Positions 17,258-28,634 of a DNA stretch of 32,000 nt are shown piece after piece (within the stretch, counting starts at the first letter, position 1; the number at the start of each line of letters is the position of its first letter). The position numbers and the translations under genes were made by a program. The notes beneath the pieces are model-generated. The model did not search any database and was not told where the DNA came from. It saw nothing but the letters and a program-made list of their open reading frames with translations. The DNA is taken from contig NC_009483.1 in the NCBI RefSeq assembly GCF_000016745.1, positions 3,960,001 to 3,992,000 on the forward strand, in the 5' to 3' direction. This DNA is from Geotalea uraniireducens Rf4. Its GTDB lineage: Bacteria > Desulfobacterota > Desulfuromonadia > Geobacterales > Geobacteraceae.

Positions 17258-18099
17258 TGGTTCTCCTCCTTCGCCTTATGGCTTGATGCCTGTCTCTGCT
17301 CCTCTTCCTTTTTCAGCCGCTCCTTGCGGTGGGTGAACCAGGAGAGGAGCGACAAGGAACCGCCGACGGTGAGGAATATCCCTGGCACCAGCCGTAGTGC
17401 CTGCCAGGTGTAAGATGGGAGCGAACGCTTGGTGACCTGCTTGAAGCCGAGTTCGTCGAACGGCAGGGCGGTGAGATAGATGACGCTCGTTCCCCCCGCT
17501 TCCTCCTTGCCGTAAATCTTCTTCAGGTAACGCTCGGGCCGGGCGGCGATCCGTCGCTCCGCTTCCTTGAGCATCTCTGCCCGCGGCCCGTAGGTGATCG
17601 CCGATGGGCAGGCGGTGGCGCAGGCCGGTTTCAGCCCTTCCCTGATCCGGCTGTAACAGCCGGTGCACTTCCTGACCAGGGGGAAGGCCTTGCTCCACTC
17701 GTACTTGGGGACGCCGAAGGGGCACGCCACCATGCAGAAACGGCAGCCGATGCAGCGCTTGGCATCGTAGACCACCGGCCCTTCCTTGGTCTTTTTGAAG
17801 GCGCCGACCGGGCAGACCGAGGCGCATGCCGGCTCATTGCAATGCATGCACATCTCTTTGTAGAAGGCAAACTCGTTCTGGCCGTTTTTCTGGTAATCGC
17901 GGAACTTGATCCTGGTAAAGGTGTACTCGGACATGGAGGGAGGATTCTGATACCCCTCGCCGTTGAAGAACCGGGTTTTCTCCCCCTTCAACTGGTTCCA
18001 CTGTTTGCAGGCCACCTGACAGCCGCGGCAGCCGGTGCATTTGGTCATGTCTATGAGAAACGCCGCGGCGCTGTTGAATTCCTTGAGATCGCTGTTCAT
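17254..18099 (-). CDS. fdnH: FDH iron-sulfur (beta) subunit, 4x[4Fe-4S] ferredoxin type with C-terminal TM anchor (FdnH/HybA-like)
   Basis: Cys clusters are CTGCRGCQVAC, CMHCNEPACASVCP, CIGCRFCMVACP and CTGCYSR...PACATACP. It has a C-terminal hydrophobic helix (LVPGIFLTVGGSLSLLSWF) and an ATGA overlap with the fdnG stop. Confidence 0.88.
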   Translation of the reverse strand: MNSDLKEFNSAAAFLIDMTKCTGCRGCQVACKQWNQLKGEKTRFFNGEGYQNPPSMSEYTFTRIKFRDYQKNGQNEFAFYKEMCMHCNEPACASVCPVGAFKKTKEGPVVYDAKRCIGCRFCMVACPFGVPKYEWSKAFPLVRKCTGCYSRIREGLKPACATACPSAITYGPRAEMLKEAERRIAARPERYLKKIYGKEEAGGTSVIYLTALPFDELGFKQVTKRSLPSYTWQALRLVPGIFLTVGGSLSLLSWFTHRKERLKKEEEQRQASSHKAKEENQ

Positions 18100-21000
18100 G
18101 AGCGCTTACCCCCTTTCTCGATATTGCAGAGGAATGCCTTGAATTCGGGGATGCTCGTGTTTGCGCAGCCGACCGATGGCGTCAGGACGTTGCCGCTGTC
18201 TCCCTTGGCAAGACCGGCGTAGCCGAAATGCCACGGCAGTCCCACCTGTTCGATCATCTTGCCTTCCACATTGAACGGCTTGAGCCTGGCAGTGACGAGG
18301 GTCACGGCCTCGATGGAGCCGCGCTCGGTGGTAATGCGCACCTTGTCGCCGTTTGCAAGCCCCTTCTTCCTGGCCAGCGTCTCGCTGATCTCGATGAACA
18401 TGTCGGGAACCAGTTCCACCAGCCAGGGAAGGTTCCGCGTCATGGCCCCTGCCTGCCAGTGCTCCGTCATCCGGTAGGTGGTGCCTATGTAGGGAAACTT
18501 GGCTGTGTCGCTGGAAACGTTTTTCGGCAGCTTGACCGCCGGGTTGTTCTGAACGCTGGAAAGCTGGTTCTTTGCCGGGCTTTCCACCGGCTCGTAATGC
18601 TCGGGGAACGGGCCGTCCTTCATGTCCAGGGCGTAGAGCCGTCCGAGCCCCTCCGGCACCATGATGAAGGGATACTTTCCTTCCTTGTCGTCCTTCATGG
18701 GCGGCCAGGGGCCGTCCGGGACATCACCCTTCCACTTCTTCTCCAGCGGGTCCCAGGCGATGACCGGCCGTTTCGGGTTAAACGGGATACCTTCGGGGTT
18801 GACCGAGGCGCGGTTGTAGATGATGCGGCGGTTGACCGGCCAGCACCACGCCCACTTGGGAAAGAGCCCCAGATTGTTTGGAGCGTCGGTCAGGTCGCGG
18901 CGGGCCATCTGGTTGCCGTCCTTGGTGAAGGAGCCGCAGTAGATCCAGCAGCCGGAGACGGTGGAACCGTCGTCCTGTAGGTATTTGAACATGGGGACCT
19001 GGTCGCCCGCCTTGAACTCAAGGGTCTTGTCCTTGTCCTTGATGCTCATGTCCCTGGTGAAGTAGCCGTTGATCTCCTTCGCCACCAGCTGCACTTCAGG
19101 CTCGTGGCCGCTGCCGTAGTTCCAGGAAAGCCTGGTGAGCGGCTCGGGAAAGGCCCCCCCCTTTGTATAGAGGGTTTTGACCCGCTTGTAGAACTGGTCG
19201 ATGATCCAGAGGTCGCTCCTGGCCTCCCCGACCGGCTCCACAGCCTTGTAACGCCACTGGGCCCAGCGGCCGGAGTTGGAGATCGAGCCTTCCTTCTCCA
19301 CGCTTGATGCGGCCGGGAGCATGAAGACCTCGGTCTGGATATCCGCAGGCTTCACGCCGGGGCGCTTCCAGAAGATGGAGGTTTCCGTCTCCCACAGGTC
19401 GACGGTGACGAGCCACTTGAGCTTGCCTAGCGCTTCTCGGGTCTTGGTGGAATCAGGGCCGCCGACTGCCGGGTTCTGCCCCATGCAGACGAGACCGTCC
19501 AGCCCACCCTGCCCCATCTTTTCCATCAGCTTCATGAAGGAGTAGTTGCCGCTCCGCTTGGGGAGGTAGTCGTAGCAGAAATCGTTTTCCTTTTTGGCGT
19601 TGTCGCCGTACCAGGCCTTGAGGAGGCTCACCGTGTATTTCGGGGTGTTGCCCATCCAGTTGGCGCTCTTCTTGTCCTTGGATTTCGGCGTCCACTTCTC
19701 CAGGTACGCCTTCAAATCGGTGTTGTCGAACTCCGGCGACTTCAGGTAGCCGGGGAGGAGGTGGAAGAGGAGGCCGTAGTCGGAAGAGCCCTGGACGTTG
19801 GACTCACCACGCAGCGCATTTACCCCGCCGCCGGCAATGCCGATGTTCCCCAGGAGCATCTGGAGCATGGCCACGGCGCGGACATTCTGGGTGCCGTGGG
19901 TGGACTGGGTGATCCCCATGGCGTACATGATGGTGCCGGCCTTGTCGGGACGGCCGGTGGCGCAGAACGCCCTGGCCACGGCAAGGTAGTCTTCCTTCCT
20001 GGTCCCGGTGATGGCGCAGACCTTGTCCACGTCATAGCGGGAGAAGTGCTTCTTCATCAGCTGATAGACGCAGCGCGGATTCTGGAGGGTCTTGTCCTGT
20101 TTCGGGTTCCCCGCCCCGTCGGTCTGATAAGCCCAGGACTTCAGGTCGTAGGACTTTTCCTGGTCGTCGAAGGCGCAGAAGAGGCCGTCCTCGAAGTCAT
20201 ACGTTTCCGAGACGATGAACGCGGCATTGGTGTACTCCCGCACGTACTCCGCATGGGTCAGGTTGTTCTGCAATGCGTAGTTGATCATCCCGCCGAGGAA
20301 GGCGATGTCGGTGCCGGGACGGATCTGGGCATAGATGTCCGCCTTACTTGCTGTCCGGGTAAAACGGGGATCGACGGCTATCAGCTTGCCGCCGCTATCC
20401 ATGGCTGTTTCAATCCATTTGAAGGAAATGGGGTGGTTCTCGGCCGGGTTACAGCCGATGGCGAGGATGCAATCACTGTTCTTCAGGTCTATCCAATGGT
20501 TTGTCATGGCACCACGGCCAAACGAAGCCGCCAGACCGGCGACTGTAGCTGAGTGTCATATTCGGGCCTGATGTTCCAGGTTGGCAACCCCCATGGCGCG
20601 GGCAAATTTCGACCAGAGGTAGCACTCCTCGTTGTCGAGTCCGGCGCCGCCGAGGAAAGCCATCCCCTCGTTGCGGTTGACCACGTATTCCTTGTTGTCC
20701 TTCTTGTTGATCTCTTTTGCCTTGAAGGTCCGGTCGCGGGTCTCCTTCATCTTCGCCGCGATCCGGTCGAGGGCCCAGTCCCAGGACTTCTCTTCCCACT
20801 TGTCGGATCCGGGGGCGCGGTACATGACCTTTTGCAGGCGCCGTTCGTTGTTGGCCACCTGGAACAGGGAACTCCCCTTGGAGCAGAGCGCCCCCTGGTT
20901 GATGGGATGCTGCGGATCACCTTCGATGTTGATGATTTTGCCGTTTTTGCTGTGAACGATAAGACCGCATCCAACCGCGCAGAATGGACAGATTGTGGTC

Positions 21001-21128
21001 GAAGCCTTCAAACCCTTGGTGCGCATTTCCGGGGAATCGACGCTCGCCTCGCCCGGCTTGCCGGAAAGAGCCACGCCGGCAGCAGCCAGCACTCCCCCCT
21101 GCAAAAATTGTCTTCGTGAAAAACCCAT
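18096..21128 (-). CDS. fdnG: Formate dehydrogenase catalytic (alpha) subunit, Mo/W-bis-MGD selenoprotein, Tat-exported; complete, 1010 codons with UGA (Sec) at 20556..20558
   Basis: Track ORFs 20556..21128 and 18096..20507 are in the same frame. The junction reads ..NLEHQARI-UGA-HSATVAGLAASFGRGAMTNHW. It has the Tat signal MGFSRRQFLQGG, the CPFCAVGCG motif and a perfect AAGGAGG before ATG 21128. Confidence 0.93.
20527..20543 (-). promoter_or_regulatory. Candidate SECIS hairpin for fdnG copy 2
   Basis: The RNA GUCGCC-GGUCU-GGCGGC starts 15 nt after the UGA. It has a 6-bp stem (one G.U pair) and a G/U-containing apical loop, as in bacterial fdh SECIS elements. Confidence 0.55.
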
Positions 21129-21145
21129 GATTCCTCCTTGTTATT

Positions 21146-21265
21146 CCAATTTCAAATCAAGGATGAAATCAAGGCGGCGAGGATTGAGGCGACGAAGGCG
21201 TACAACTGCGTACGTTGAGGAGCCGAAGACGAGCCAACGAAGATAGCGCCTTGATTTGGAATTGG
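21146..21265 (-). promoter_or_regulatory. Structured leader of fdnG copy 2 with two mutually exclusive helices next to the ribosome-binding site
   Basis: The 5' strand CCAAUUCCAAAUCAAGGCG (21265..21247) can pair with CGCCUUGAUUU (21176..21166). Alternatively it can pair with CCUUGAUUUGAAAUUGG (21162..21146; 16/17), which ends 5 nt from the AAGGAGG Shine-Dalgarno. Confidence 0.45.
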
Positions 21266-21323
21266 TATTAGATATGAAAGGCGCATGTTGCGCCCTTGTG
21301 TCCCTTGCGAACTTACCGTATAC

Positions 21324-21339
21324 AGCAACCCACGTGCCA
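21324..21339 (-). promoter_or_regulatory. Sigma54 (-24/-12) promoter candidate for the fdnG copy 2 operon
   Basis: The minus strand reads TGGCAC-GTGGG-TTGCT, a full match to TGGCAC-N5-TTGCW. It sits about 195 nt upstream of ATG 21128 and is divergent from a sigma54-activator gene. Confidence 0.7.
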
Positions 21340-21537
21340 CACATCTCAAGAAGAAACCATTTACCAGCAGACCCTTAACTATTTGAATTTAAAGCGAATC
21401 TTCGTGTTTACAAAGAAACGAATACATTAAAATAAACTAGCGTTGTGCATTTATTGCAAATAGTGTAACATTTTGACCACGTTATTAACCAAAGACAATA
21501 ATCCGGATTTGCGCAGCGCAAAACGGGGAAGAGAAGG

Positions 21538-22928
<1,391 letters not shown>

Positions 22929-22929
<1 letters not shown>

Positions 22930-24944
22930 TGCGCCGTCGTTTCTCCATACGGGCCAAACTGACCCTCGGCTCCCTTCTGCCGCTGTTCGTCGCCTTTGTC
23001 TTCTGCGGTCTGACCGGCCTGTACCTGATCAACACCAAGATCGCCAGCCAGGCGCAGGAAAAGGTCAGGACCGACCTCAATGCAGCACGGGAGGTGTACC
23101 AGAATGAATTGTCCCACGTCAACGAACTGGTTGACCTGACCGCCGGCAACCCTTTTGCCGCCGCGGCCGTCGAAACCGGCGACCGGCGAAGCCTGGCCGC
23201 ACTCCTCAGCTCCCTTCAGAGCAGAAAACATCTGGACATTCTGACGGTCGTGGACCGGAACGGCCGGGTCCTGTACCGGGCGCACAACCCTGCTGCCTCG
23301 GGCGACGTTATTGCTTCCAACGGCTTTGTCCGGTCGGCGCTTCAGGGAATTCCGATCAACGGAACAACTACCCTCACCCACAACGAGTTGGCCGCGGAGC
23401 GGAAAGAGCTGGCGAAACAGGCCGCCATCAACGTCGTACCGACACCCCGCTCCCGCCAGGGACAGGCGGACGTTGAGCGCTCAGGCATGGTGCTGGCTGC
23501 GGCCGCACCGGTGCTCGACGCATCGGGAAGGCCCATCGGCGCCCTGTACGGCGCTATCCTGCTGAACAACAACAATACCCTGGTGGACCGGATCAAGCAG
23601 ATTGTCTACGAGGGGGTCCAGTTCAACGGAAAGGACGTGGGAACTGCCACCATCTTCCTCGGCGACACGCGCATCGCCACCAACGTACCGGCGGCAGGCG
23701 GCACCAGGGCCATCGGCACCAGACTTTCCGCAGAGGTGTACAACCGGGTTATCCAGGAAGGTAAAAAGTGGGTAGACCGCGCATTTGTGGTGAACGACTG
23801 GTACATCACCGCCTACGAACCGATTCATGACTCGCGGGGAGAAGCCGTCGGCGCCCTGTATGTGGGCATGCTTGAAAAACCCTACGCAGCCCTGAAAAAG
23901 AAGGTAAACGTCATCTTCGGCATCGTCATCCTCGCCAGCTCGCTGCTCGGCATCGCGGTGTCGGGGGGCATCGGCGCCCACCTTTCCCGTCCCATCAGGG
24001 ATCTGGAGAAGCTCGCCAGACGGGTGGCCGTGGGCGAACGCGACCTGCGGATCGAGGTGAAAACCGCTGATGAGATGGAAGACCTTGCCGATGAGTTCAA
24101 CGAGATGACAGGGGCATTGGCCCGCCATGAAGAAGAAATCAACAGCCTGAACCGCACCCTGGAGCAGAAGGTCCGGGAGCGGACCGCGGAACTCGAAGAG
24201 AAGAACCTTCTTCTGCTCCAGACCCAGGCGGAGCTCGTACGGGCGGAAAAGCTCGCGGACCTTGGAATCATGGCCGCCGGTGTGGCCCACGAGATCAACA
24301 CCCCCCTGACCATCATCCGGGGCAATGCGGAAGTTCTGGAGATGTTCATAACCCCGGGCCACCCGAACCGGGAGGAAATCGACATCATCTCCCGTCAGAC
24401 CGAACGGATGGCGAAAATAGTGTCGAACCTGCTCCTGTTCGCCCGGCAGAAAAAGCTGCACCAGGGCCGCGTTGCCATTCATGCCCTTCTGAACGACATC
24501 GTCAGCCAGATAGGGTTCCAGGCAACGCTGGCGGATATCCGGATCGTACGGAACTATTCTCCTGATCTGGACACCATAAGCGGAGACAGCGACCAGCTGC
24601 GCCAGGTCTTCACCAACCTCATCCTCAATGCCGTCCAGGCAATGGAGGGGAGCGGCACGCTGACACTTGCGACTCGAATCCTCCCCGACGAAGCAGGCTA
24701 CAGTATCGAGGTCGCCGACACGGGGAGCGGCATTGGTCCCGATCAGCGGGAAAAGATTTTCACGCCGTTTTTCACCACCAAAGCCACGGGTAGCGGCCTG
24801 GGGCTTTCGGTTTCCTACGGCATCATCAAGGACCACGGCGGCGACATCAGCGTGGAAAGCTCCCCAGAGACCGGAACCACGTTCCGGGTGGTTCTGCCGG
24901 GGAAGACAGCCGATATCCCGCCCCACCCCAACGGTACGGCCTGA
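22929..24944 (+). CDS. Membrane Cache-like/HAMP sensor histidine kinase, paralogue 2
   Basis: It is collinear with kinases 1 and 3 (MRRRFSIRAKLTLGSLLPLFVA.., TATIFLGDTRIATNV, AFVVNDWYITAYEPI, H-box AAGVAHEINTPLTII, DTGSGI, GSGLGLS). Confidence 0.9.
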
Positions 24945-24995
24945 ACACGTCAGTCCCTGCCCTGCAAGGCTTCACAGCCACACGAAAAAGTTGTC

Positions 24996-25024
24996 TTGCC
25001 AAGCCTTGTCCGACTATGTATCAT
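24996..25024 (+). promoter_or_regulatory. Possible sigma70-type promoter for regulator/kinase pair 3
   Basis: TTGCCA-N17-TATCAT, with the -10 element about 50 nt upstream of ATG 25074. This is a pattern match only. Confidence 0.3.
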
Positions 25025-25073
25025 TTTGTCCCTCGTATACATTTTTCATTAACCGATTTCAGGTGCTGTTCCC

Positions 25074-26441
25074 ATGACAAAAACAACCATCCTCATCTGC
25101 GACGACGAAGAGGGAATCCTCAAGTACCTGCGCAAGCTCCTCATCAGCCAGGGTTTCGACGTGGAGACCTTCGACAGAGGCGCCGCACTGCTCGCCTACC
25201 TGGAAAACGGCAAGGCCGCCCATGCCGACCTCCTCATTCAGGACGTGCGGATGCCCGATATGGACGGCATCGAGGTACTGCAACGGGTGAAAAAGCTCCG
25301 CCCGGCCCTGCCGGTCATCATCATGACCGCCTTCGGCACCATCGATTCTGCCGTGGACGCCATCAAACTGGGTGCCTACGATTACGTCACCAAACCGTTT
25401 CCCAAGGAAAAGATCCTCGGAGTGCTGGAAAACGCCCTGGAACGGGAACTGCTCATCAAGGAAAACCAGGTTCTCAAGGAAGAGCTCGGCAAGCCGTCCC
25501 CATCGGACACGATCATCTTCAAAAGCGACCGGTTCCGCGAAGTGTACGAACTCACCCTCCAGGTGGCGGCGAGTTCCGCAAACATCCTCATTCAGGGAGA
25601 ATCGGGGACCGGCAAGGAACTGATTGCCGGAGCGGTCCACCACAACAGCCTGCGGAAAACCCGCCGGTTTCTGTCCATCAACTGCGCGGCGCTTTCCGAC
25701 ACCCTGCTGGAAAGCCAGCTGTTCGGCCACGTCCGGGGAGCCTTCACCGGCGCCGTCACGGCCCAGAAGGGGCTTCTGGAGGAGGCTGATAGCGGCACCC
25801 TCTTCATGGACGAAATCGGCGACATGAGCCTCCCCATCCAGGCCAAGCTGCTGCGGGTCATCCAGGAGCGGGACTTCATCCCGGTGGGCTCGACCCGCTC
25901 GAAAACCGTGGACATCCGGTTCGTGGCCGCCACCAACAAGGATCTGGAAAAGGAGGTCAAAGAAGGGAGGTTTCGGGAAGACCTGTTCTATCGCCTCAAC
26001 GTCATCACCATCCACCTCCCCCCCCTGCGGGACCGGAAAGAGGACATCGAGCCCATCGCCGGCCACTTCCTGAAAAAATATGCCCAGCGGATGAAAAAAG
26101 AGGTGAGCTGTTTCAGCCCCGAAGCGCTGACGCTCATGATCGACTATAACTGGCCGGGCAATATCAGGGAACTGGAAAACGTCATCGAGCGCGCAGTCAT
26201 CCTGGCGCGCGGGCCGGCCATCAGCGCAGAAAACCTCCCCATGTGGAAGAAGGAGGCGGACCCGGTCCAACCGATGGACGACAGGTTCGTTTCCCTGGAG
26301 AACGTGGAACGGGAGCACATCCAGCGGACCCTGGCGAAAACCGGCTTCCACAAGAGCAAATCCGCCGAAATCCTCGGCATTTCCCGCAAGACCCTCGACC
26401 GCAAGATCGTCGAATACGGGCTGAAGACACCCGTGGAGTAA
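25074..26441 (+). CDS. Sigma54-dependent Fis-family response regulator, paralogue 3
   Basis: ILICDDEEG, LLIQDVRMPDMDG, GESGTGKE, GAFTGA, RFREDLFYRL, and HTH AEILGISRKTLDRKI. Confidence 0.92.
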   Translation: MTKTTILICDDEEGILKYLRKLLISQGFDVETFDRGAALLAYLENGKAAHADLLIQDVRMPDMDGIEVLQRVKKLRPALPVIIMTAFGTIDSAVDAIKLGAYDYVTKPFPKEKILGVLENALERELLIKENQVLKEELGKPSPSDTIIFKSDRFREVYELTLQVAASSANILIQGESGTGKELIAGAVHHNSLRKTRRFLSINCAALSDTLLESQLFGHVRGAFTGAVTAQKGLLEEADSGTLFMDEIGDMSLPIQAKLLRVIQERDFIPVGSTRSKTVDIRFVAATNKDLEKEVKEGRFREDLFYRLNVITIHLPPLRDRKEDIEPIAGHFLKKYAQRMKKEVSCFSPEALTLMIDYNWPGNIRELENVIERAVILARGPAISAENLPMWKKEADPVQPMDDRFVSLENVEREHIQRTLAKTGFHKSKSAEILGISRKTLDRKIVEYGLKTPVE

Positions 26442-26445
26442 GCCC

Positions 26446-28434
26446 ATGCCCCCCATGCGCTTCCCCATAAAGGCGAAACTGACCCTTGCCACCCTCATCC
26501 CCCTCTCGGTCGCCATTTTCTTCTGCTGGCTGACCGGGGTCTTCATTCTCAACTCCAGAATCGTCAGCCAGGCGCAGGACAAGGTCCGCAACGACCTCAA
26601 CTCCGCCCGCGAAATCTATCTCAACGAGATCGGTCACATTCGCGACGTGGTGAAATTCACCGCCACGGCCCCCTATACCGCCGATGCCCTGACCACGGGC
26701 AACACAAGCGGTATCGCCGCCATCCTTACCCCGCTGAAAACAGCCGAAAAGCTGGATGTCTTCATGGCCCTGGACGCCACCGGCAAGGTTTTATACAGGG
26801 CAAACAACCCCGCAGCCTTCGGTGACGACCGATCAAAGAGCCAGTTTGTGACACGGGCGCTCAAAGGGGAGATCGTCACGGGCACATCGATCATCCCCCC
26901 CGCAGAGATGGCTGTTGAAGGGGCGGAACTGGCACGCCAGGCAACCATGCCGGCGGTAACGACCCCCCATGCCAGGCCGGCAACGGAAACTATCGAGCGG
27001 GCCGGCATGATGCTCATTGCGGCTGCGCCGGTGAGAGACAAGGCGGGCAACATCATCGGCACCCTGGTCGGCGGCGTGTTGCTGAACAACAACACGACCC
27101 TGGTGGACAAGATCAAAAACATCGTCTACGAAGGGGTGCAGTCCGACGGCAAGGATGTGGGAAGCGCAACCATCTTTCTCGGCGATCTCCGCATCGCGAC
27201 CAATGTGCTTAACTCCAAGGGCAATCGGGCCATAGGAACACGCCTTTCCGAAGAGGTCTACAACCGCGTCATTCTGCGCAAGGAGAAATGGATAGACGGG
27301 GCCTTTGTGGTCAACAACTGGTATTTCACCGCATACGAGCCAATCCTCTCCCTGGAAGGGGTGCCGATTGGCTGCCTTTACGTGGGGATGCTGGAAAAAC
27401 CTTACACAGCCATCAAGTTCAAGCTGGGCTTCATCTTCAGCGGCGTGCTCCTTTTGGGCGCATTGATCGGTTTTGCCGTTTCCGGTTTCATCGGCACGCG
27501 CCTGGCCAAGCCGATCCGGGAGTTGGAAAACATGGCGCGCCGCGTCGCTTCCGGAGAGCGGGACGTGCAGATCCGGGTTCATACGAGGGACGAGATCGGC
27601 GACTTGGCGGGACAATTCAATGAAATGACCCGGACGCTCACGCAGCGGGAAGAAGACATCCGGGAGCTGAACCGCGGCCTGGAGCAAAAGGTGCAGCAGC
27701 GGACGGCCGAACTGGAAGAAAAGAACCAGCTCCTCGTCAAAACCCGGCAGGATTTGGTCAGGGCCGAAAAACTGGCCGCCATCGGCGAACTGGCCGCAGG
27801 GGTAGCCCATGAGATCAACAACCCCATGGCCATCATCCGCGGCAACACTGAACTGCTGCAGATGTCCATCCCTCCCGAGGCCGACAACAGGGAGGAAGTG
27901 GACACCATTTTCCAGCAGATGGGAAGGGTGGAACGGATCGTCGCCAACCTTCTCAAATTCGCCCGTCAGGAGCAGAAAAATCTCGGTACGGTTTTCATCA
28001 ACCGGCTGCTCCGGGAAATCCTCAGCCAGGTCGGCCATCAGGTTCCGCTTTCAGGAATCAACATCCGGGAAGAATATGCCCCTGATATTCCGGAGATCGA
28101 AGGGGACAGCGATCAGGTGCGGCAGGTGTTTATCAACCTGGTCATAAATGCCGTCCAGGCCATGCCCGGCGGCGGCGATCTGACCATCACCACGGGAATC
28201 GATAGCGAGGCGGGGAAATGCGAGATAACGGTGACCGATACCGGCAACGGCATAGCCCTGGAAAACCTGGAGCAGATCTTCAACCCGTTTTTTACCACCA
28301 AGGCAGGCGGTACAGGCCTGGGACTGTCGGTTTCCTACGGAATTATCAGGGACCATGGCGGGCGAATTGAGGTGCGGAGCGAACCGGAAAAGGGGAGCAT
28401 GTTCCGGGTGGTGCTGCCGGTGAAGCAGAGATAA
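26446..28434 (+). CDS. Membrane Cache-like/HAMP sensor histidine kinase, paralogue 3
   Basis: The N-terminus MPPMRFPIKAKLTLATLIPLSVA closely matches kinase 1. It has SATIFLGDLRIATNV, AFVVNNWYFTAYEPI, H-box AAGVAHEINNPMAII, DTGNGI and GTGLGLS. GGAG lies 7 nt upstream. Confidence 0.9.
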   Translation: MPPMRFPIKAKLTLATLIPLSVAIFFCWLTGVFILNSRIVSQAQDKVRNDLNSAREIYLNEIGHIRDVVKFTATAPYTADALTTGNTSGIAAILTPLKTAEKLDVFMALDATGKVLYRANNPAAFGDDRSKSQFVTRALKGEIVTGTSIIPPAEMAVEGAELARQATMPAVTTPHARPATETIERAGMMLIAAAPVRDKAGNIIGTLVGGVLLNNNTTLVDKIKNIVYEGVQSDGKDVGSATIFLGDLRIATNVLNSKGNRAIGTRLSEEVYNRVILRKEKWIDGAFVVNNWYFTAYEPILSLEGVPIGCLYVGMLEKPYTAIKFKLGFIFSGVLLLGALIGFAVSGFIGTRLAKPIRELENMARRVASGERDVQIRVHTRDEIGDLAGQFNEMTRTLTQREEDIRELNRGLEQKVQQRTAELEEKNQLLVKTRQDLVRAEKLAAIGELAAGVAHEINNPMAIIRGNTELLQMSIPPEADNREEVDTIFQQMGRVERIVANLLKFARQEQKNLGTVFINRLLREILSQVGHQVPLSGINIREEYAPDIPEIEGDSDQVRQVFINLVINAVQAMPGGGDLTITTGIDSEAGKCEITVTDTGNGIALENLEQIFNPFFTTKAGGTGLGLSVSYGIIRDHGGRIEVRSEPEKGSMFRVVLPVKQR

Positions 28435-28438
28435 AAGC

Positions 28439-28536
28439 GGTCGGCGGTCGGCGGTCGGCGGTCGGCGGTCGGCGGTCGGCGGTCGGCGGTCGGTGGTCGG
28501 TGGTCGGTGGTCGGTGGTCGGTGGTCGGTGGTCGGT
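28439..28536 (+). repeat. Tandem heptanucleotide array: (GGTCGGC)x7 followed by (GGTCGGT)x7
   Basis: I counted it unit by unit. It begins 5 nt after the kinase 3 stop codon. It is the inverted partner of 30104..30194. Confidence 0.95.
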
Positions 28537-28564
28537 GTAAAATTATCAATAGTTTGTTGAGTGG

Positions 28565-28593
28565 TTGAATCGTTGAGTGGTTGCGTGTAAAAT
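28565..28593 (+). promoter_or_regulatory. Sigma70-type promoter candidate for moeA
   Basis: TTGAAT-N17-TAAAAT, with the -10 element 42 nt upstream of ATG 28635. It is overlapped by 12-nt direct repeats GTTGAGTGGTTG at 28556..28567 and 28572..28583. Confidence 0.5.
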
Positions 28594-28634
28594 CCTCCTG
28601 ACGTTCCCACTCGACAATTCAACGAGGTTCCATC

